This document shows positions 56,303-64,000 of a DNA stretch of 64,000 nt, piece by piece. Numbering within the stretch: the stretch's first letter is position 1; every line of letters starts with the position of its first letter. The notes beneath the pieces are model-generated. The model was not told where the DNA came from, did not search any database, and saw only the letters and a list, made by a program, of their open reading frames with translations. The stretch lies in NCBI GenBank assembly GCA_903813345.2, contig CAIIXF020000001.1:7316001-7380000 (forward strand), read 5' to 3'. A program made the position numbers and the translations under genes. The DNA is from Owenia fusiformis (taxonomy: Eukaryota).

Positions 56303-56797
56303 CTAGGACTGTAACATACTAGGAGCATCCAACAACATGGAGAAGTCATCTCTAGGTTCATCTTCATGGAATGGATTATGTTCATCTGAGTTTTTTGCGA
56401 ATGGATTTAAACTAGCGTCGTATTCTCCTGAATCATCGTGGAATGGATTCATTTCTGAGTGATTCACCACATTTTTGTTGACATCCCCAAACTTGAGGGC
56501 TTCAGTATCAGTATGGAGGTCTTTAAAGTCTTTTAGTTCAGTTGGGGTGGGAATAGATGGCACTGGATCCTTAACAGGTTTAGGGGGCCTCTTAAGTGGT
56601 AGCTCTAGGGCTTCCTCTGGGGAGCTTATACTAGGGGTGTTATTGCCACTACTCATGTAAAACATCTGTGATTTCAGTTTGCTTGATTCTGTTGTTAGTC
56701 TTGGTTCTTGTTTGTAATGGTTATCACTTATTTCTAGCTCATCCAGATGTAGTAAATTCTGGGAAAATTTTAATGTTCCTTTCAGGATATCTCTAAC
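56303..56797 (-). CDS. TBC1D5: TBC1D5 last coding exon
   Basis: ttacag|GTT AGA GAT ... TAG. Confidence 0.85.
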   Translation of the reverse strand, partial: VRDILKGTLKFSQNLLHLDELEISDNHYKQEPRLTTESSKLKSQMFYMSSGNNTPSISSPEEALELPLKRPPKPVKDPVPSIPTPTELKDFKDLHTDTEALKFGDVNKNVVNHSEMNPFHDDSGEYDASLNPFAKNSDEHNPFHEDEPRDDFSMLLDAPSMLQS

Positions 56798-59518
56798 CTG
56801 TAAATAGAATAGGATACAATAAGATGAAACAATGTGGAAAAACAATGTGGAAATAAAGGATACAATACAAGAACTTAATGTTGAGAATCTAATCTGACAT
56901 TGAAATTTAAACTGTGTTTTGGCCTTGCATCAAGTTTTGCCCCCATTTAACATTTCTTTAACTAGGGGAAGGGATTTTAAAGGAGGAATGGAGGTAAAGC
57001 GGGGTGGGGCTAGCACAGACTTTGTGAGCTTTGTGATACTTGTATAAATTGAACACCTCTGGCAGTCAAATATAATATAACCTACCTGCTTAAGACCAGC
57101 TAAAGCAAGCAGTAACTCATCCTCATTCTTCAACTTCTGACTCAACAATGTTGTCTGAATTTTCCCTAAAATGTAACAATATTGTTAAAATCCGAAGATG
57201 AAGGAATATGACCCCAAAATAGATCAATCGATCAGACCTGATTTGTCTATTTCAATGAAATACAAGGCATTAACATGCAAAATGTCATCACCTGCTATTT
57301 CATACAGACTCTGACTGCAGAACCCTGACTGCCGAAAAACTAACCACTTTTGGTGGTTACATAAAAGTTAGTTTAATAGTTACTATTAAAGAATACAGTG
57401 AAATCTAGCTGTTCAAAGAAATGGGCTGAATATGTTTTCTAAACAAACCTATCTGTTCATCCATCTTTCCTGCGCAGTATGTACACATGGCCTGGGACTC
57501 ATTCAGCTGTCCCTGGACTAAGGCAAGGTTCTGCTGAAGTTCAACCTCCTGTAAAACATAGACAAGACCTCTTAATGAATGAAAATGTACAGGCTTTCTT
57601 TGAGGTATCATCTCTTCTTAATGTGAAGGGCAGAGATATTTTCGGGGAGCCTAATCCTAGTTAATTTATTAATAAATGTGATTTGCAGGAAATTATTTCC
57701 TTTAAATGTGAAAAGGCATAAATTCTCTTTACAAGCCTTGTCAATGAGTTTTTAGTAAGACTAATCAGGGTAAACAAGTAACTGCTTTAAATGGCTAAAT
57801 GATAGTCTTATAATTGTTTAGTAACCACCACAAGAACTGTACTGTAAATATGCATTAATTTCTTACCTCTTTGGATGATTTCTTTTTATTTATTTTTGCC
57901 CTAGAGGGTAATGTTGCATATTTAAAGGGGGAGCCACTGGGTGGTGGGTCCTCTGGAGTCATCTGATCCAGGTTTTGAAGACTACCACTAAGGGCTGGTG
58001 TCTTGGATTCCAAACGTGCCATACTTGATGCTGAAGGTCTCGCATGTTCATTCATGGAAGATTTTCTTTGAACACCATTTACTACAGTGTCTCCTGAAGC
58101 AATAATGTGCATATGTGTTAAATCGACTATATGCATTTAGTCGCTAGATTTACTCTTTTGAGTCTAATTAACATTTCTCCAGAGCTAACTTTTTAACATT
58201 AAACATTCACCAAAAGGTTGGGTAAAAGACACAAAATAAAGATATACTTTCCAGTGTCACATTAAATTACAAACTCAAATTAAACCAGGCACTAACATGA
58301 AATAACATCATCATTTGGTTGCAATTGCCAGACTGCAAAAGTGTAACAATATGTCACAAATATGTATGCTGAATTGCAGTCAGAGAAAAACAGTGGCTAT
58401 AGCAATATGTCCAAGAAGTGGCAAAATATGTCCAAGAAGTGGCAAAATACAAACTTTGAATAATGAAAATCACATCTTCTAACCTGACTCAGATTCTAAA
58501 TAAGGGGCACTAGAAGATTTGCCAATAGGTGACACTGCTGGTTCAGAGGCATTTTGTTTGTATGTTAGGTTAGCAGGACGAGTGCCGACTGCACTAATAC
58601 CAGTGTTCATCTTTTCAATGTTCTTAGTTAGAGAAGTTAAGCCAGATTTCATCATGTTAGCAGCAGGATTTAACATGTTAGCCCAACTACCTGCAGATGC
58701 ATCTGTGGAAACAAACACCATGCAGAAAATATTATGGGCTGAGTCAAAATATCATTATAAGACCCTTTATTGCTAATTCCTGTTTTTTTAGCTTAACAGA
58801 AGTGTCTTTAACCAGCTCCAAATGCATATGATATTTTAACTGGCCCCTTAGTACTAGTGTTAGTTCGAAACAGTGTGCCACACAGCCCCAATATGACACA
58901 GCCACTGCTTTATTTTAAAGCACAGGCAAATATGGGATATTTTTGAGCATGTGTGCTAAACCGAGAATGCAAAATAGAAAGGTTATGGCGATACTGCAAT
59001 TAAATCAAGATTAGTCTTACACGAAGCCCTCGTGGTAGCCTCCACCTCCCAGTCAATAATATACTGTGCATGAAAAAGGTGGGGGAGGTATATACAGGCT
59101 TCATGAAAGACTAAATCAAGACAAGGTAAATTAGTAAATTCAAATTTAAGTAAGATTATGAATTCCACTTGTAAGAAAACATGAATCAAGTTAGTACTAA
59201 ACCATTGCAAAGCACCCTTTTGCTATGTTAAGCCTCAGTCACATTTGCTCTATGGCAGCCGTAGCTTCACAAAATAGATATAGAAAATCCACATGGTACT
59301 GGCTATTCGTATATCTTATGCTGCATATTTCTATCGATTTTGGGAAGCTACGGCCTCCAAACATTTGCCATATAACAAATGAGACAGAGGCATTAATATT
59401 AAATGTATGCCTGAACAATTTGTGAAATTGTTACAATGAATTTCTCACCTTTTTGTTTACTCTGTTGCCTAACATGCTGCAGCTTCTGGTATGTGTAATT
59501 ATGAGGTTTGGGATATTG
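56303..59518 (-). CDS. TBC1D5: TBC1 domain family member 5, 3' coding exons (59518-59449, 58702-58484, 58093-57867, 57548-57449, 57165-57086, 56797-56303); 5' part not seen in the window
   Basis: In-phase GT-AG exons encoding ...VQGQLNESQAMCTYCAGKMDEQIG|KIQTTLLSQKLKNEDELLLALAGLKQ|VRDILKGTLKFSQ, which matches the conserved TBC1D5 C-terminal coiled-coil segment as I recall it (QGQLN..AMC.YCA..MD; LAGLKQIKDILKG.L.F). Confidence 0.85.
57086..57165 (-). CDS. TBC1D5: TBC1D5 exon
   Basis: GKIQTTLLSQKLKNEDELLLALAGLKQ. Confidence 0.85.
57449..57548 (-). CDS. TBC1D5: TBC1D5 exon
   Basis: EVELQQNLALVQGQLNESQAMCTYCAGKMDEQI. Confidence 0.85.
57867..58093 (-). CDS. TBC1D5: TBC1D5 exon
   Basis: GDTVVNG...KKKSSKE; splice sites and phase consistent. 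Confidence 0.75.
58484..58702 (-). CDS. TBC1D5: TBC1D5 exon
   Basis: DASAGSW...KSSSAPYLESES; splice sites and phase consistent. Confidence 0.75.
59449..59518 (-). CDS. TBC1D5: TBC1D5 exon
   Basis: ttccag|QYPKPHNYTYQKLQHVRQQSKQK G|gtgaga. Confidence 0.7.
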
Positions 59519-59709
59519 CTGGAAAATACAAGTAAGTATACAGGGATGACATATATCTTTTATTGACTCTCTGATGTCATTACAATGACATATTAGTCAC
59601 AAAGATACTTCTGAGAAAACACTGTCATTTTATGTTTTATGGCTACACAGTATACATGCTACATCACTGTTTGAAGATAAATCAAATTAACTCTAATACA
59701 AGATATCTA

Positions 59710-60704
59710 CAGTGCGCATCAAAAAAACGCAACAGATTGTTATCTCGGAAAAGCTCAAAACCAGTAATAACAGCATTGATTTCATTCAATGCACTATAAA
59801 GCCACGTGTCTCCTCTTTACAATGATATATCATTCATTGATATTTGGTCATGGTTGGGCGAGTAATCATTCCATTTGCAAAGTGGGCCAAAATTAGCTTT
59901 TGACCAAGTTATAAACATTGCAAAAGTCAGTGTACGGAGCCCGATGCAATTTTGCAAGAAAACATAAAACCAATGCTGACTGCATCCTTTTCAGTCAATG
60001 TATCAAAAAGCCAAATTACTCCTCTTTGCAATAGAATATCATTCATTCACAGGGAGTCATGACTGGCCGAATAATCATTAATTTTGCAAAGTGGGGCAAA
60101 ATTAAGCTCGGACCTAAGTTTTAAACATTGCAAAAGTCAGTACAAGGGGCATAGGGGCCATTGGATGAAGGTGTGACAGGTGTGGGATAGACTGTAAAGT
60201 GTTCATACTCATACTCTTGCAAGAATACATCATATAACCCCTCCAAATTGCCACCACTTCCTTGCACATAAAGATGCGCTCATCTGTCCATGTCATGCAT
60301 GGTTCAGCCCTGAGTCATCTGTGGGTTAAAGCAGAGAAAAGCAACCCATAAGCAATTCTTTCTCGAAGTTTTGCGATATCTGGTGGAGGAATGGTGAGCA
60401 CAGATGCTCCTGAGATAGCTCCAAAAGAAAAAGTTACAACAATTCAAGTCAGGGGAACTTCCATTGGCACTTAGTCCTTGTGCTGATTTTTGCAATATCT
60501 AAAACTTGGTCAAGAGCCGATTTTGACCCACTGGGCACATGGAAGGATTTCTCACCCAACCATCACCACATGTGAATGAATGACATATCATTGCAAAGAG
60601 GAGAGACGTGGCTTTATGGTACATTGAATTAAATTGATGTAGTCATCACTAGTTTTATGATTTTACGAGATAACTAATTGTTGCGTTTTTATTGATACGC
60701 CCTG
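59710..60704 (-). mobile_element. Degenerate Tc1/mariner-superfamily element
   Basis: TA|CAGTGCGCATCAAAAAAACGCAACA ... TGTTGCGTTTTTATTGATACGCCCTG|TA; long imperfect TIRs; remnant SSPDLNCCNFFFWSYLR. Confidence 0.75.
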
Positions 60705-60799
60705 TATAATATGACAAAATGTCATCACTTGTTGCAATTACAAAAGTGTAAACATTTGTTACAGATGATTAAATCCCAGTAACAAAAAATAGTGACTAT

Positions 60800-60940
60800 T
60801 GTAATGACCCTTGGGCACATCCATCGGGGAGCTGTAGTGTACCGAGCCAGATACTAGACTCGAAAGAGAGTGTGCTAAATTCAATGCCCCATAAAGGAAT
60901 CAAACCCAGGACCTTCCTCTCTCAAGTCAGACGCTCTATT
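60800..60940 (-). mobile_element. Possible degenerate tRNA-derived SINE
   Basis: - strand tagagcgtctgactt...gtcctgggtttgattcc resembles a tRNA D/anticodon arm and B box; no complete cloverleaf. Confidence 0.35.
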
Positions 60941-63381
60941 GTTATGATATCAAAACTTTGGGAAAAACTTGAATGGTCTTGATTATAATAGGGCTTTCCA
61001 GCATGACTAGATTCATTTGAATCGAATTTTCAAATTTCTGAAATGCCATAAATCTATGTGGTCAAATGAACTATAAATATATACCGAGAATGTGTTCACA
61101 TTTCTTTAGAATCCTAAATCTCGCGAATGAAAAATCCTCGAAATGTGAACACCTCCTAATCTGAACACTTTAATGGCATTCGGATTAGACAGGTTTTACC
61201 ATAGTTACATAATATGTGAGAATTGATTTATTCAAAAATCCATGTCAAAAAATCCAATATCAGAGGTGCGCAATGAAACCTTCATTGCGTTTGTTGCTGC
61301 TATCGGGTGATAGAATCTGTCAATCTGGTTTAGTCTCAAACACAGCTTGTCTGTATGTCAGGTTTATTATTTGTTTCCTCATTCTCTGTTTCTAAAATAC
61401 GCTCTGTCGAAATTTTCAGTTTTGAATTTCCAAGTTTTCAATGCTAAACAGCTCGCACAAAGGTTTTTCCATTTACAAACCATGATGTGAAAAGTTGAGG
61501 TGCAAGTTGTTTGTGACAGCCTATGTGAGCGGGAATCATCCTATGCAAGTTTGAACTCAATGTGTGTGTAAAATTGACACGTTCATTCGAAATTTACTTT
61601 GATCTGTGTGTAATTTTTCCAGGATTCTATGTTACTTATAACACAATCAGTGTGACATTTCAACATTCCTTTGGATTTTTGCAAAGTGATTCGAGTCACC
61701 TGTAACTCTTTGTGTGACACTTGATAGAACCGGTGAGTGTGTGAATGAAAATAAGTTATGTAAAAAAATTAACTGTTGGTATAACATAGATTGAAAATCG
61801 CATACAATGATGTGAGTTTTGAATCATACAGTTCGAGTGTTGCATCATATGGTTCGACTTTTCACATGGATCATGTATCGTCAAATTTTGATACAAAATA
61901 AATTCCATATTCATAGGTTGTCACAAGGATTGCCCAGAAAACAAGATTTAAAGGAAATTGGAATTTGTGACTTTATTTAACCTAAAACCATGTGTTACAA
62001 TTACGGAAAAATGATCACAAAATGATCCATATAAAAAGTTATGCCATATAAAAAGTTTTGTCTGGCGAATGTAAACAAAGGAGGTTACTTTGCTAAGGCT
62101 AGCCACGCTATCCACAGGTATACATTATTGTTGTATGTAGAAAGTGAAATCAATTCCAGAGACTGGGCGCTGTTTTATCGCACGCAGAGCTGGTAAGGTC
62201 ACCATTTTTACTGATATGATCAGTTATATTCCGTGGTAATGTTAACAAAGCTAGAGTTAACAAAGGTCGTGGTCATTTGATAGGGGTGTATAGGTCAAAC
62301 GTCAAATAACTGTGCTCTGGGGAGTTGCTGTATTTCTAGCTTTTGTTTTTTTAAACCTTGAAATGAAATACTGAAATTAACAATAAACATGATGATACTC
62401 TTGATTTAATATAAGTAAGAATATGTCCATTTACCAATACCTTTGATTCTGGTATATATAAGCAATGCTGTCAACTAATATCTTATATGATAATTACGAT
62501 GAGACAACACATACAACAATACTGCTTCTACATATTAGGTGCGCTTATAGTGCAAATTACGGTAAGATTTTCTTTCAGTGTCTTTTAAATATATTATAAA
62601 AGTCTCTTAAATTCAAAGCTTAAAAGATTTAAGTTTAAATGGCAATATTACTTTGGAAGCAGGCTTCCATGAGAACCATTGAAAATTTAGCAAAAATTAT
62701 TATTATCTATTCAGTTATGTATTTAGGTACAGTCCTATGTTAATTGGAAACTTTGTTATTAGGTTTTGTAAAATTGTTAAATAGAAAAACCTGTTGAAGT
62801 AATCAGGTACAAAAAAAGTATATAATCTAATTAATTTAAATTAATTTAATCTTACACTTACACTCTGTAACAAAATTTCTAGCTTTTGAACATTCATCAT
62901 CTATTTTTGTTTTATTGTACAATTGGATTTTATATTCCACTGTGTACTGCTGTATAATAAATTATAAGATAGGTTTCACACAATGAATTTTTAGCTCAAC
63001 TTATCTAAAACCTGTAACCAAAGCAAAACTTATGTGCATGACATCTCTCCTTTATGTGCAGTCAGTCTAAGTGAAACTCCACCACAACAAATACGATAAA
63101 GGGGTTTTGTATGGTGGTCCAATGGTACTTAACAGAAATCATATGTACATTATGTAAACTCTCGGTACTTAGGCAATCAAATATGGACTGCAGTTAATTT
63201 TTTGTACTTGTAGGAGTACTTTGCCAATATTTAGGAAATATCTAGCTTTAACTTAATTTAAATATCATTTAGATCAGATTTCAGAAATTATAATTCCATT
63301 GATATGAAAAATTTATAATCCTTATTATGCAATCAACAAGGTATCTACATGTAAGTCTATAGACAGGGTGCAATGGTAACC

Positions 63382-63538
63382 GGACAACTCATCCCCTAGA
63401 CAACTCATCCCTGGACAACTCATCCCCTAGACAACTCATCCCCTGGACAACTCATCCCCTAGACAACTCATCCCCTGGACAACTCATCCCCTAGACAACT
63501 CATCCCCTGGACAACTCATCCCATGGACAACTCATCCT
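63382..63538 (+). repeat. 16-bp tandem repeat (G/A)GACAACTCATCCCCT x10
   Basis: Directly visible; first base mostly alternates A/G. Confidence 0.95.
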
Positions 63539-64000
63539 TTGGCATGTTTGAGTAATTCAATGTAATATTATTAATTCGTATATTATACAAATGATTAACA
63601 AGATCCTCCATTTAATCACTTTTGTCACGTAAACAGAACTTCAAAAATGGTTAAGATCTGCACTTCTAACTCTTTCCATTTACATAACGATAGTAAGGTA
63701 TTAAAGCGATGATTCTGTTGTCCTCTGACTGACAAGTGAACAAAGACTTTCTTGAGGGGAAATCTGGAAAATTGTTTAAAAAACTATGATATACCATGGT
63801 ACTACAATGGTATTGTCAAGGAGATTATCAACCTATTAATCTGTAATTTGTTTTGTAAATATTTACCTTTGATTTTACTTTTAATATACAATTTCAATAT
63901 TATGTTAACATTGATTGAAGAAGCTCCTTTGATGTCATTATATGTGTGTTGTTCATATTAGTTCAAATATTCTTTAATCCAAAGATAATAATTCACAGAT

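Noticed and set aside
60880-60940. tRNA gene
   Set aside because: Only partial and degenerate A/B-box-like sequence with no acceptor stem; at most a SINE head.
59519-64000. Further TBC1D5 exons (TBC domain end)
   Set aside because: No convincing in-phase exon recognised; treated as intron, though small exons could have been missed.

Overview
AT-rich, intron-rich metazoan genomic DNA (invertebrate; a lophotrochozoan origin is only an inference from the repeat types). It holds three spliced genes that I reconstructed exon by exon with GT-AG sites and continuous phase: a non-muscle/smooth-type myosin regulatory light chain (- strand, CDS 8602->1796, 177 aa), a CSAD/GADL1-type PLP acidic amino-acid decarboxylase (+ strand, CDS 43890->53846, 492 aa), and the 3' six coding exons of TBC1D5 (- strand, 59518->56303). 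The divergent MRLC and decarboxylase genes are separated by a Russian-doll transposon stack. (1) A ~31 kb fold-back element (10249-41289) has GG..CC termini, an 8-bp TSD AAAGTTTG and two inverted multi-kb satellite arms, and sits ~110 bp upstream of the putative MRLC start site. (2) Inside it, a second ~16.3 kb fold-back element (18619-34928) has GG..CC termini, an 8-bp TSD AATCAATT and repeat-bearing arms. (3) Inside one arm of that is an 8.67 kb Gypsy-like LTR element with apparently identical 2.4 kb LTRs, a tRNA-Leu PBS, a PPT, an ATAT TSD and one intact Gag-protease ORF, but no RT, RNase H or integrase. The window also contains mariner/Tc1 remnants, LINE fragments, several MITEs, a probable P-type excision footprint and a minisatellite made from a splice acceptor plus exon start. 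All calls are by eye; no database searches or alignments were run.
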